Shown one piece after another: positions 36,083 through 46,143 of a stretch of DNA of 64,000 bases. Positions within the stretch are counted from its first letter, which is position 1; every line of letters starts with the position of its first letter. The stretch is from assembly GCA_000091205.1 (NCBI GenBank), contig AP006495.2. One strand, written 5' to 3'. Source of the stretch: Cyanidioschyzon merolae (taxonomy: Eukaryota). The position numbers and the translations under genes are program-made. Under the pieces are notes generated by a model. The model was not told the origin of the DNA. It ran no database searches and worked only from the letters and a program-made list of their open reading frames with translations.

Positions 36083-36440
36083 GCATGCGACATCCATGAC
36101 GATGCAGGCTATGGCATGTGTCCCATGTATGGTGGGTCTTATAGTCGGCGTCCACAAAAAGATAGCCGATTCCCTGCCGATGATACATCCGCTGTGTAGG
36201 AGGGTGTCTCCATGACGATGCAGGCTATGGCATGTGTCCCATGTATGGTGGGTCTTGTAGTCGGCGTCCACAAAAAGATAGCCGATTCCCTGCCGATGAT
36301 ACATCCGCTGTGTAGGAGGGTGTCTCCATGACGATGCAGGCTATGGCATGTGTCCCATGTATGGTGGGTCTTGTAGTCGGCGTCCACAAAAAGATAGCCG
36401 ATTCCCTGCCGATGATACATCCGCTGTGTAGGAGGGTGTC
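36083..36440. repeat. Tandem repeat, about 3 x 113-129 bp, in a convergent 3' intergenic region
   Basis: The unit gacgatgcaggctatggcatgtgtcccatgtatggtgggtctt(a/g)tagtcggcgtccacaaaaagatagccgattccctgccgatgatacatccgctgtgtaggagggtgtctccat is repeated. It produces three near-identical phantom minus-strand ORFs (MYHRQGIGYLFVDADYKTHHTWDTCHSLHRHG...). Confidence 0.85.
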
Positions 36441-36501
36441 GGTGTTCCGTGCGCATTGCGAGCGCGACGCTGTCACGACATATCTTCCGGGAGGCGTCTC
36501 T

Positions 36502-37683
36502 TCAGGAAGCGGTCTCGCTCATGCTTCCCTGGAGTGCGCCTTCTACGAGGTATTCCGCAATGGCCATCGACGATGTCGCTGCTGGCGATGGGGCGTTTCG
36601 CACGTGCACAACATTCCGATGGCGCTCGAAATGAAAATCATTTAGAAGCGTGCCATCACGGGTTAGCGCTTGTGCTCGAACACCGTAGAATGAGCGTTCA
36701 AGGTCGTGTGGACCAAGGTCTGGCACCATGCCACGCAGCGCTCGCCAGAGCGCGAGCGGCGCGTTTTCTTGCCACCATTGGCTCAGGCCGAATCGCCAGT
36801 GCTGCTGTACGAGCCGCCAAAAGCCCGGGTACTGAATTGGTGGCCATCCAGCCAGGGTTGCTGTTGGCCCAACCCATACGCGACGCCCATCAACGGAAGG
36901 CGTGAAGTGAACGCCCGCAAACGGGTAACGCTTGTCTGGGACCGGGTAGATGTTGCATCGGCTGAGCCCCAAGCGCTGGATTGCGTCGGGACGAAGCTCG
37001 AAATACTGGCCCTTTACCGGAAGAATGCGCAGCTGCGTCGTCGGCAGCGTGCTCCCGCCAACACATACAAAAACCCAGTCCCAATGCTGATACCAGGCTC
37101 GCGCGTCTACCGCCCATCGCGGGTGTGTCTCTGCGTCTGGTTCGAGTGCTCTCAGTGGAACCTCAGTGCCCAAGCGTAGGGTAAAGCGGTCACCTAGGCG
37201 TTCAGCGGCATCTGCGACAAGCGCTCGGGCGAGAGCCGGATAGTCAATCACTCCAGTATTCGGCGAATAGAGGCTTCGCACAGCACGAACACTTGGCAAG
37301 GGGACGCCATCGAGGAGCTCCAGCCCCTGAACGCCGTTCGCCACTGCGTTTGTAAAGATTTCGGCCAGTCGTCCAGCCTCAGCTTCGTTCCGCGCGACAA
37401 TGTACTTGCCCGCTCGTCGTACAGGAACTCGTTGCCCTGCGGGCGACTCGCAGAACTCGTAGATGTGACGTGCACCCAGGACGCAGAGACGACCTTTGAA
37501 CGAGCCGGGCGCGTAGCCGATTCCGGCGTGTATAACACCGGAGTTGTGACCGGACTGTTCTCCTGCTATGTGTTGCGACTTTTCAAAAACTTCCAATCGG
37601 GTGACCAAACCAGTGTACCGGGTAGCGAAGTAGTGTGCCGTTGCGACGCCGACGAGTCCGGCGCCTACAACGGCGACTCGCAT
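36502..37683 (-). CDS. L2HGDH: L-2-hydroxyglutarate dehydrogenase (FAD-dependent, mitochondrial type)
   Basis: N-terminal Rossmann MRVAVVGAGLVGVATA. EQSGHNSGVIHAGIGYAPGSFKGRLCV matches L2HGDH HQTGHNSGVIHSGIYYKP.SLKAKLCV. The C-terminal VVHVRNAPSPAATSSMAIA matches the L2HGDH signature HVRNAPSPAATSS. Confidence 0.85.
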   Translation of the reverse strand: MRVAVVGAGLVGVATAHYFATRYTGLVTRLEVFEKSQHIAGEQSGHNSGVIHAGIGYAPGSFKGRLCVLGARHIYEFCESPAGQRVPVRRAGKYIVARNEAEAGRLAEIFTNAVANGVQGLELLDGVPLPSVRAVRSLYSPNTGVIDYPALARALVADAAERLGDRFTLRLGTEVPLRALEPDAETHPRWAVDARAWYQHWDWVFVCVGGSTLPTTQLRILPVKGQYFELRPDAIQRLGLSRCNIYPVPDKRYPFAGVHFTPSVDGRRVWVGPTATLAGWPPIQYPGFWRLVQQHWRFGLSQWWQENAPLALWRALRGMVPDLGPHDLERSFYGVRAQALTRDGTLLNDFHFERHRNVVHVRNAPSPAATSSMAIAEYLVEGALQGSMSETAS

Positions 37684-37782
37684 CCACCGCGTCTAATGTT
37701 CTTCTCGAGGAAGCTTCGCGGAGGCCAACACGAAGCTTCAAATCGGGTGTCCGTCCACGCAGTCCAAAACAAAAGCGAGGTG

Positions 37783-37870
37783 TGGACGTGAGGGGAATCG
37801 AACCCCTGGCCTTGACAATGCTAATGTCACGTCGGGTACTGCAGCAGTCATACCACTTGACGACACGCCC
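37783..37870 (-). tRNA. tRNA-Ala (anticodon AGC) carrying a roughly 16-nt intervening sequence at a non-canonical position (D-arm/anticodon-stem junction)
   Basis: Reverse complement: GGGCGTG TC GTCA AGTGGTA TGAC [TGCTGCAGTACCCGAC] G TGACA TTAGCAT TGTCA AGGCC AGGGG TTCGATT CCCCT CACGTCC A. The acceptor stem has the alanine identity pair G3.U70. The D- and T-arms are canonical, and the anticodon loop TTAGCAT is as in eukaryotic tRNA-Ala(AGC). No cloverleaf is possible without removing the 16 nt. No encoded CCA. Confidence 0.6.
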
Positions 37871-38039
37871 GGCAGAGACACCCGCCTGCATTAGACTAGA
37901 TCGCAAAATTAGTATATAAATGGATCTTCATCGAAATGATCCTGGGTGCGAACGCCGTCCGGGGCTGCGTCTCAACCAGAGACGTGCTGGCGTCCTCGTT
38001 CCATGGAGCGCGAACTAGACCCGAGTCAGATTGAAATGG

Positions 38040-39340
38040 GGTACTGAACAGGAAGTTCTTTTCCCCGCTTCACCAAATTTTTCGAATTTTACAGATGCTA
38101 AGCTTCGACATTCGACGTCCAGCGATATGGGATTTCAGATTCATGCGTAAGTTTCGGACTCGTGGGCGCGTTTTCGGGGTGCCTTCTTCGACGATTTGAC
38201 GCTGGAATTCTTTATGTCACCGGAATCAGGACGATTCGCGACGCCCTCGAGGAAGCGTTCGTAAAATGAACTATACGACTGCTCAATTCGTGCCTAAAGC
38301 CTCCAAGCTTCCCATTTCTTTACGACTAGCATGCTCCAATTAAGCATTCTTCAGGTTTTCGATCTTTCTGTTCCGAGGCAACTCGTGTGGGCAGGCATTT
38401 CGCGCCGCTGGAGTCATGGCGTGGAAGCGTAGTCGATGTCGACCCTTGACGAGTTGTTCACATGCTTATGCCGAAAGTTTGTCGAAATCTTCACGTCAAA
38501 TAATAGGTTTTGACTGAATGACAAAATCCTCCTCGAATCGTGGCCATGGACGACTCGCGATTCGGCAGCAACCTGATGCATCTCAGGCGTATATGCACGA
38601 TGAGGCTCTAGTCTCGCACGTTTGCGTGCAAAAGGGTCTTGGACCTGGATATGATCCATTGCGGCGATCGATGTTGGTGGGATGCGCGTCACCGCTTCCC
38701 ACGAGGGAATCGTAAACGGATCGAAAATTCTCGACTTGTTCTCCAACCTGGTTTTTCCCGCACACGTTTCATCATGGATAAAATCGCGCTCCACAAATCC
38801 GATACTGAATGGAGCAGCGTGCGCTTGCGCGTGCTGCCTTCAGTGTACTCGCAGAGGCAATCGTCCAGACGATGCCCGTAATCATAGTGGACGGCACCTG
38901 GCGTGGAAGCGGAGAGAGCAATCACAGGGAGCGCTCAGTGTCCGTCAAGGACATGTATCGGGCGATGAAGCATGCGATGACGCACAAGAAGGCGACACCA
39001 GGACGAGATGATGCGTTGAATGTACATGGACATCTAACGTTAGAGAAGGGTCACCGCTGCAGAGGGCGTCCCGAGACTGCAAAAAAAGAATGAGAAAATG
39101 GCAAGCGAAGCGTTGATCGCGACTTTCGCCTGTGCATGAACTGCATGAACGGCAGCGGGAAGCAGCAACAATGAGGCTTGAGCGCTGTCATTAGCATCCT
39201 TCGACTGCTGACAGCAGCGCTGGAGAGACAGGCGGAACCGGCGTATTGCAAACCGGAGATAAGAGATAGAAAAGTTAGCTATTGCTGACAAAGCCCGTAA
39301 ACGCTGTCTTTGATGACCATGGAAAGAGACCCGATCTTGA
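38040..39340 (+). repeat. Dispersed repeat family R1, copy c
   Basis: Carries the R1 blocks: gacgattcgcgacgccctc, atgctccaattaagcattcttcaggttttcgat, cgccgctggag, tcgacttgttc, catcatggataaaatcgcgctccacaaatccgatactgaatggagcagcgtgcg, cattagcatccttcgactgctg and ttgatgaccatgg. Confidence 0.6.
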
Positions 39341-39798
39341 GCGTGCCTCCACGAGTTCGGCGAGTCATCCCGCACCACTCTATCCTGGCACGGATATCGT
39401 CTGGATCCGAAGCTCGACAGGGTCGAGGCTTCCGCTTGGTCATATATTTAGAGGCAGTTGCTGAAGTCGCAAAATATATCCGTGCGCGTACTCCCGGCGA
39501 GGCTCGAACGCGCAGCGTGTTCACCACGCACTCGCGACATCGAGCTTACTGAGCACCAAGTCTGCTTATAAGACTCGCGCTCTAACCAGCTGGGGTAGTC
39601 GACGGCGGCGTTGCCAGCCGATAGCTACAGGAGTGCGTCGCAAACGGACAAGCGTCGCAGAACAGCAGCCGACGCCAGTACGGAAAAAAGTCCCATAAAT
39701 TGATATATAAAGAGAAGAGTGCGTCATACGGCAGGCTGCCATGACGGTGCGCGTATCGGGCGTGGTGCCCGCAGTGCCTGCGGTTCGCAGCAGCAACC

Positions 39799-40311
39799 AT
39801 GAGCGGGTATCGACCCGCTGCGTTCGATCTCCCTCGAGCGCTCCTACGCGAAGCAAAGAACCAAATTGTATCGGTAGAGACCAAAAATGGAATGGAGTAC
39901 CGGGGGCGCCTGGACAACGTGAGCTCGCGGATGAACCTGGTGCTCAGCGCGGTGACGGTATTGAACGCGACTGGCGAGCGCACCCAAAAAAATCGTGTTC
40001 TCGTCCGTGGTGACAGTATCGTGCTTGTAGTGCTCCCGGAAGCACTAGAAGACGCACCACAGCTGGATGTCCTATTACAGGTAAAGCAGGCCCGGAAGGC
40101 GGCGATGCACGTGAACAACACTGACCGCAAGTCACGTGGAGCGCGTCGTTCCGAGGCAGACGTACACGAGCGTTCAGGTGCCAGCACGCTGCCACTACCC
40201 CAGAGCGAGTCGCAGCCGCAACTCAAGCGAACTCGAGTTTTCTTGAGTGGTAATGCGGAGACCGTTCAGCGAACCAAAGAAGGAGGCGACTCGAACCGGC
40301 GGAACGTGTGA
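39799..40311 (+). CDS. SMD3: Sm core protein, SmD3-like
   Basis: The Sm fold segment IVSVETKNGMEYRGRLDNVSSRMNLVLSAVTV...RVLVRGDSIVLVVLPE parallels SmD3 ([30 protein letters not shown]...IRGSKIRFLILPD). A basic, RG-poor tail follows. Confidence 0.7.
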   Translation: MSGYRPAAFDLPRALLREAKNQIVSVETKNGMEYRGRLDNVSSRMNLVLSAVTVLNATGERTQKNRVLVRGDSIVLVVLPEALEDAPQLDVLLQVKQARKAAMHVNNTDRKSRGARRSEADVHERSGASTLPLPQSESQPQLKRTRVFLSGNAETVQRTKEGGDSNRRNV

Positions 40312-41393
40312 CGCGTACCCGTGGCACCCGATTCACCTGCGGTATGCTGAACCACACCGCTTATCGGCATATGAAACCTGAGAAATACGGTGAACCTGGA
40401 GACCAGCATACTGTACGAGAGAGTCTGGTCTGTCATGCAGGCTGCGCTCGCGTACAGAAATGCACACCGCGGTATGCTCGACAACTCTTGCGAAATGAAC
40501 GACACCACTCAAGGCGCGACTCACTGAACTGCATCAGACGCTGGAATGGCGCTCTGTCGATATACGAGCGGGGCGCCGATGAGCCTGGCAATGGAGGAGG
40601 CCCCAGCGACTAGAGACAGGATCCTGAATCCAGACAGGTCGCCGTATAACTCAGATTCATCACCAGAAACAGACCTTGATGTCTGTGTGCAGAGGGAACA
40701 CGCTACGAGCAATGCGCTCGAGCAGACGCGACGTGAATGGAATCCAGGGGTGCTCGGGGCGTCACTGCTGCATCGCGCCGGTCGTTGCAGGAGCGCGGCA
40801 TATGCGTTCAGTCCGCGCAGCTCAAGGAGCGCTCTGAGCGCTGTTGTTGCTTCATGCAGACCATTGCAATCGGGTTTCTGTTCGCCACTTGTGATTGCTG
40901 GCCGTAGCACTTGGCTACTCGGAGTCGGAGATGGCATCGCTGTACATTTTGTAAGGCACTGCATTGCATCGTCTCGTTGTACGCCTTCCTGTTTATTGCG
41001 ACAATACGTTTATGATTTAGGAACAGCAATCGCTGCTGCTGCTCCAGTTCGCCCGTATTCCCCACATTCGCGAAAGCGCAGCGAACACCATCCAGGGTGC
41101 TCCTTATTCGACATTTGAGCAGCCATATGGTTTGCGTTGCAAACCGCACGATCGTCACTCGGAGCGCTCCACACAAAGCGAGTACCCGGCATGAGCTGCG
41201 TTGCACTCGAGACCAATCACTTGTCACGACGCTTCGCGTGTGCTTCCTCGACATACAGGCATGCTTTCCGCGAGCGACAGATCGCGTCTCAACGGTGACC
41301 TGGGACGTAAAATCACGGCGTCATCATCGACGGACCATCAACCACATGGATGCATGCATGAACATGGGCAGCGACTAGGTTCACCATTCCTAT

Positions 41394-43142
41394 TTAGTCC
41401 GGGGGATACTTTTGAAGAAACTCCTCGTGATGAGCCCGAAGCAGCGCGATGACGGGTTCGAGCTTTTCCTCCGGAGGCAAAATAGTCGTCCGCAGGTAAA
41501 ACCGACACGAACCGTTCGGGACACTGGATGTTGGTTCATTGGAATGCATGCCGAACCCTGCGCCCGGCACCACACAGATACCAGTTCGTTCCAAAAGGCT
41601 GACACAGTAAAACGTATCCAGCGGCATATTGGACTTTTGCGCTGCCTGGAGTGCTTTCGTGCCCACAGTGATGCTCGGAAAGGCGTACATGGCGCCCTCA
41701 CTAGGGTTGCATTGCACACCGCGCATACTCTTAAATGCCTCTACAACGCGATGCGCACGTCGCCGCAAACTTTCATAACGCTCAAGTTTCTCTTTCTGGT
41801 AGAGCTCATATGATGGTTGGCCCGGCTCCGGCGGGCGCACCACACAGTCGATCATGACCTGTCCGCCGAGGTTTGGGCAGAGCATGATACTAGCGAGTTT
41901 CAGGAGTTGTTCACGTGCCTCGTTTGTAACGCCCGGTGATAACAGCATGTAGCCGCCGCGGCGACCACACTCTCCGACAAGCCCTTTGCTGGCGGAGTAG
42001 AGCGACACGAGTTCCAGCGACTCCTGGACCTCCTCCGGCATACTCGAATGCAGCACTCTTCGAAACGACTCGAATTTCCGACCATCCAAGTACACGTTGT
42101 CTGCATAGACCTCATCAGCCAGGAGTAGGAGTCCCTCTCGATACGCAAAATCCATCAGTTCTCGCATGTTCGCCGGATGAAGCAATTGTCCGGTAGGATT
42201 CCCCGGTGAGATGACGACCAGGGCGCGCGCTTCGATGCCACGGGAGCGTGCCTGTCGAACCTGTTCCGTTAGCTCCGTGACTTGAATAGACCAATTCTGC
42301 TCCTGAACGAGATGGTAGTGTAGCGCTTCGATCCCTAGGACTGTGCAAAGCGCCGAGTAAATCGGATACTGTGGCACTGGAATCAGCACACCCGGTCGCA
42401 TGGAACGTGTTTCGCGTCCATGCGATACGCCGTTGGTACCGTCCGCGCTGAGCGCTGCGTCGGAACCGCTCAACAGCGCCATGAGCATGAGGATCGCGCT
42501 CGATGAACCATTTGTCAAAAACACATCCTTCACTCGAGCTGCAAATTCGGAGTCCTCGTGAATGCCGTCCCGCTTGTTCATGAACTCTGCCACATCTTGT
42601 CGAATGATCGGCACTCCCTGGGAGTCCGAGTACGCTCCCGTACCGCCGAGTCCAGCGGAGCGTAGGATTCGTTCCGTCGCTTCGCGCACGTCGGCGGGGA
42701 ACAGTTTTTCACGCTCCTTCTCCGGGAGTGCCGCTGCCAAGTCCGGACAGTCGCACAGTGCCATGACCCGCCGGTGGTAAGTGAATGGCGGGTTCCCAAG
42801 TGCCTGTGGATTTCCGATGTTGCAGTAAATTATTTCCTTAAACGGCAGTGCGGCAGCTTCTGGTCCTCCTTTTTCTAGAGTCTGTTGCAGTCGCGCAGCG
42901 CGAGTGGGCAATTCACCACGCACAGCGTACTGCGCCGCTACCACGCGCTGGTTTATGGTTCGCAAGTCGAGCGCTTTTCGCCGGCGCGTCCCGTCGGCTT
43001 CGTGCGGCATCCCTGCGCTTACACCGTGGCTCCTATTCCTTCGCCCTATACGGAGATAACTGAAATTGAGCAGCCCAAACGTTCTACGCCCTACCCGACC
43101 CGCCAACACGTGTTGCATCCACGGTGAATGTGCCACCAGCAC
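41394..43142 (-). CDS. Alanine aminotransferase (PLP-dependent, class I/II), with a roughly 40-aa N-terminal extension
   Basis: Colinear with animal and plant ALT along its whole length. Examples are YAVRGE, IIYCNIGNPQALG, PVPQYPIYSA, ISPGNPTGQ, LLADEVYADNVY, the PLP-lysine context SASKGLVGECGRRGGYM, and NPSEGAMYAFP. The N-terminal extension may be a targeting peptide. Confidence 0.9.
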   Translation of the reverse strand: MLVAHSPWMQHVLAGRVGRRTFGLLNFSYLRIGRRNRSHGVSAGMPHEADGTRRRKALDLRTINQRVVAAQYAVRGELPTRAARLQQTLEKGGPEAAALPFKEIIYCNIGNPQALGNPPFTYHRRVMALCDCPDLAAALPEKEREKLFPADVREATERILRSAGLGGTGAYSDSQGVPIIRQDVAEFMNKRDGIHEDSEFAARVKDVFLTNGSSSAILMLMALLSGSDAALSADGTNGVSHGRETRSMRPGVLIPVPQYPIYSALCTVLGIEALHYHLVQEQNWSIQVTELTEQVRQARSRGIEARALVVISPGNPTGQLLHPANMRELMDFAYREGLLLLADEVYADNVYLDGRKFESFRRVLHSSMPEEVQESLELVSLYSASKGLVGECGRRGGYMLLSPGVTNEAREQLLKLASIMLCPNLGGQVMIDCVVRPPEPGQPSYELYQKEKLERYESLRRRAHRVVEAFKSMRGVQCNPSEGAMYAFPSITVGTKALQAAQKSNMPLDTFYCVSLLERTGICVVPGAGFGMHSNEPTSSVPNGSCRFYLRTTILPPEEKLEPVIALLRAHHEEFLQKYPPD

Positions 43143-43789
43143 AGAGAGACACGTTCGCCTCTGCGTCTTTTCGAGGCGACCACTCTACCGTATCACCACT
43201 GTAACAAGCTGCTGCGCCCCGGGTGCTTGGTCCGTGCGTCCCCAGACGAAACCGTATTCGCTTCGAGCAAATCACGGGCGTTTCGCGTCGTCGATCAAAA
43301 ACACCACCAGTCATCACGTAAGTGTCGCTGATGCGACGACGCTCGAGCGCTGCGGAGATTGCGCCGGCGCCGGCGCCTCGCCCGCTTTTAGGGATAGCAT
43401 CAACATGCTCGAGCCGGCGTCCTCTGGCGAAGCGGCAACGCCGCTTTCTTTCCGAGTTGCGACTTCAGCGGCGCTAGAGGCGCTACTGCAGCGGACGTTC
43501 ACGACGTGCACTCGGCGCACAGTCGAACGAGAAACATAAACGGTACCCCCGAGGGAAACTATCGGTCGTGGAACTCTGAGGAAGAGCGTACAAGGATGGA
43601 AACTTCACTGCGCGCTGAGAACAAGCGTGCAATCGGGGATCGTTGGTCTGTGTAACTGCTATGTCAAGCAGAAGAAATCGTCGACACGGAGCAGCGTTCA
43701 GCAGCACACGCGAGCGGATGCATGAAGCGTGGCTCTTTGCCATGCTGGCGATGATGGCAGATGTATCAGCAAATCGCAGTGCACGCACA

Positions 43790-44215
43790 TCCGAATACAA
43801 TCATGCATAAACGTGTGAATTCTAGTATACATTCTCGTAAGAATACAATCATGCATAAACATGTGAATTCTAGGATACATTCTCGTACGAATACGATCAT
43901 GCATAAACGTGTGAATTCTAGTATACATTCTCGTAAGAATACGATCATCCATAAACGTGTGAATTCTAGTATACATTCTCGTACGAATACAATCATGCAT
44001 AAACGTGTGAATTCTAGTATACATTCTTGTACGAATACAATCATGCATAAACGTGTGAATTCTAGTATACATTCTCGTACGAATACGATCATGCATAAAC
44101 ATGTGAATTCGAGCATACATTCTCGTAAGAATATAATCATCCATAAACGTGTGAATTCGAGCATACATTCTCGTAAGAATATAATCATCCATAAACGTGT
44201 GAATTCGAGCATTCG
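43790..44215. repeat. 48-bp minisatellite, about 9 units, in a divergent promoter region
   Basis: The unit atgcataaacgtgtgaattctagtatacattctcgtaagaatacaatc is repeated. The period of 48 (16 codons) keeps every frame open, which explains the stacked ORFs 43698-44330(-), 43761-44363(+) and 43766-44242(-). Confidence 0.9.
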
Positions 44216-44295
44216 TGCACGCAGGCTCCATCCGATGCGCACACAGAATGGTATCCGTAGATGTTTCTACGACGTGCCTGTAGCTGGACGTAAGT

Positions 44296-46143
44296 GTGCG
44301 CTGTTTTACGCTCCGTGGCCATCGTTGCACTATGACATTGGGAACGGGCTTTGTGTGTCCTAGTGTCCACGGTGCGGAGCGGGTGTCGGTCCAGTATGGA
44401 CGGGGTTTGCTGGTCGGGACAACTTGCCGGCTGTGGCAAGGGCACTGGCGTGGGATCGGTCAAAGAGCTCGTTTCAATTCAAACAAACTTTCGGACTTAA
44501 GGGACTTGGGACGTTTTCGGAGACGTTTTTTCGATGAATTTGGGACACCGCAACGAAGAACACTCGTAGCGAGCGCGACAGACAAGTCACCAGTGGTGCG
44601 TGTCGGTTGGGTGTACTCTCGCGGTGGGCAGACTCCACGTGCCTGGCTTGGTGTTCTTGCACTTTTTCTTGGAGATCGTGGCTTTCGCTGGTTATTCAGC
44701 GTACTGAGGATTCGCTTCCCAAGTTCTTTAGCGGGAATGTTGTTTCTGTTTCTGCTGTTACTTTTGACGGAGAACAGAGCGTGGCCAACTGGTTTGCCGC
44801 CATCGCCGAACCAAGTCGCAGCAGCGTCTGTCGAACCCGAACGCCTCTCCATTGCAGACAACATCGTCCTCCTAGTCTCGCCTGGGCTCGGACTGGTCAC
44901 CCGATGGTTGGCGATCTTCTTCGTGCCTAACTTGATCATGCTGCCTCATGCTGATGCGCCACATGGGTCCGCGCTACTTCGGCTTGTGCTCGCACTATGC
45001 GTCGGTCTTATCTTTAGTCTGGTAAGCTCCCTCATCTTTGTATCGATACTTGCGTGGGTGTCAGATCAGAGGCGCGGAGCCACGAAGAATCGACGACCCA
45101 CACACGACCAGCCCTTGGTAGAGAAAGTGCAGGACGGGAACACGAGACCGGAACGATCCTCCAAACTTTCTCGTCCAGAATCTCCTGGTCTGCGTACGGG
45201 GAATCCTGCCTCAAGCGGACCACGCTTTGCTTTAATCGGCTTGTGGGGTCTCGTCTGGATCGTCTCAGCTGTATGCTGGATTACGGGAGCGGGTGCGAGC
45301 GCCGACTTTCGAGCGCTTGCGCTTTGGTTGCATCAGCTTTCTTCGACGGTTGTCGGGTTCAGCTTGGGTCAACGCTTGCCGTCAAGATTTCAAAAAGTTC
45401 TACACCCGCTGGTGAGCTGCGTCGTTTTTACATACTTTTCGCTGTGGATGCTTGCGTGCGGTACCGGAAGCGCATGGAGCGAGCTCTTGCTTCTGTACAT
45501 GCGTCGACCCGGGAAGAAATGGCCACCGGCGGTGACCGGCAATCTCAGCGCGATTGCACGAAGCACTGTTTTTGCGCTAGGTGGCCCAGGGAATCTGCTC
45601 TTGAGCTTCCTGGGGCCTGCCGTGCTCTCATTCGCCTTCCAAATGTACCAGAGGCGGACGATCATTCGAGCGAACGGAATCCAAGTGATAGGCGGCTGCC
45701 TGATGGCGGCCTTTTTCGGGATGCTGGGCTCTGCAGCGCTTGCTCGTCTATTCTGTTTGCCGGCATCGTTGCGCTTGGTCTTTGCCCCGCGTTCGATTAC
45801 AGCACCGTTAGCGATAGGCATCGCAGACATTCTGGAGACAGATGCCACATTGACGGCCACCGTTGTAGTCATTACAGGCCTTCTTGGCGCTAATTTTGGG
45901 AGGCTCTGTCTCGATATTTTACGTCCCGTGTTACCGAGTGCTTCATCACCAGTCGCTCGTGGGCTTGCAATGGGCGCGTCTGCCCATGGCCTCGGAACGG
46001 CTGCCATTAGCGAGGAGCCGGATGCTTTTCCGTTTTCGGCCATTGCAATGGCCTTGGTCGGTACGCTTAGCGCGTTGATGGTGACGCTACCACCTTTTAG
46101 AGCGCTTCTGAGCATGGTTGCGGGCACGACTCTAGGCCGCTAG
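44296..46143 (+). CDS. LrgA/LrgB-family membrane transporter (fused LrgA-like plus LrgB-like halves, as in plastidial PLGG1)
   Basis: Polytopic protein. The C-terminal half shows the LrgB signature (RSITAPLAIGIADILETDATLTATVVVITGLLGANFG...ARGLAMGASAHGLGTAAISEEPDAFPFSAIAMALVGTL). The N-terminus overlaps the minisatellite; the true start is probably downstream. Confidence 0.75.
   Translation: MRCFTLRGHRCTMTLGTGFVCPSVHGAERVSVQYGRGLLVGTTCRLWQGHWRGIGQRARFNSNKLSDLRDLGRFRRRFFDEFGTPQRRTLVASATDKSPVVRVGWVYSRGGQTPRAWLGVLALFLGDRGFRWLFSVLRIRFPSSLAGMLFLFLLLLLTENRAWPTGLPPSPNQVAAASVEPERLSIADNIVLLVSPGLGLVTRWLAIFFVPNLIMLPHADAPHGSALLRLVLALCVGLIFSLVSSLIFVSILAWVSDQRRGATKNRRPTHDQPLVEKVQDGNTRPERSSKLSRPESPGLRTGNPASSGPRFALIGLWGLVWIVSAVCWITGAGASADFRALALWLHQLSSTVVGFSLGQRLPSRFQKVLHPLVSCVVFTYFSLWMLACGTGSAWSELLLLYMRRPGKKWPPAVTGNLSAIARSTVFALGGPGNLLLSFLGPAVLSFAFQMYQRRTIIRANGIQVIGGCLMAAFFGMLGSAALARLFCLPASLRLVFAPRSITAPLAIGIADILETDATLTATVVVITGLLGANFGRLCLDILRPVLPSASSPVARGLAMGASAHGLGTAAISEEPDAFPFSAIAMALVGTLSALMVTLPPFRALLSMVAGTTLGR

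Noticed and set aside
43698-44363. ORFs of 158-210 codons with perfect 16-aa repeats on both strands (43698-44330(-), 43761-44363(+), 43766-44242(-)); the analogous 21-aa-repeat ORFs lie at 51252-51881
   Set aside because: They lie entirely within minisatellites whose unit lengths (48 and 63 bp) are multiples of three. All six frames are therefore open by construction, and this is not evidence of repeat proteins.
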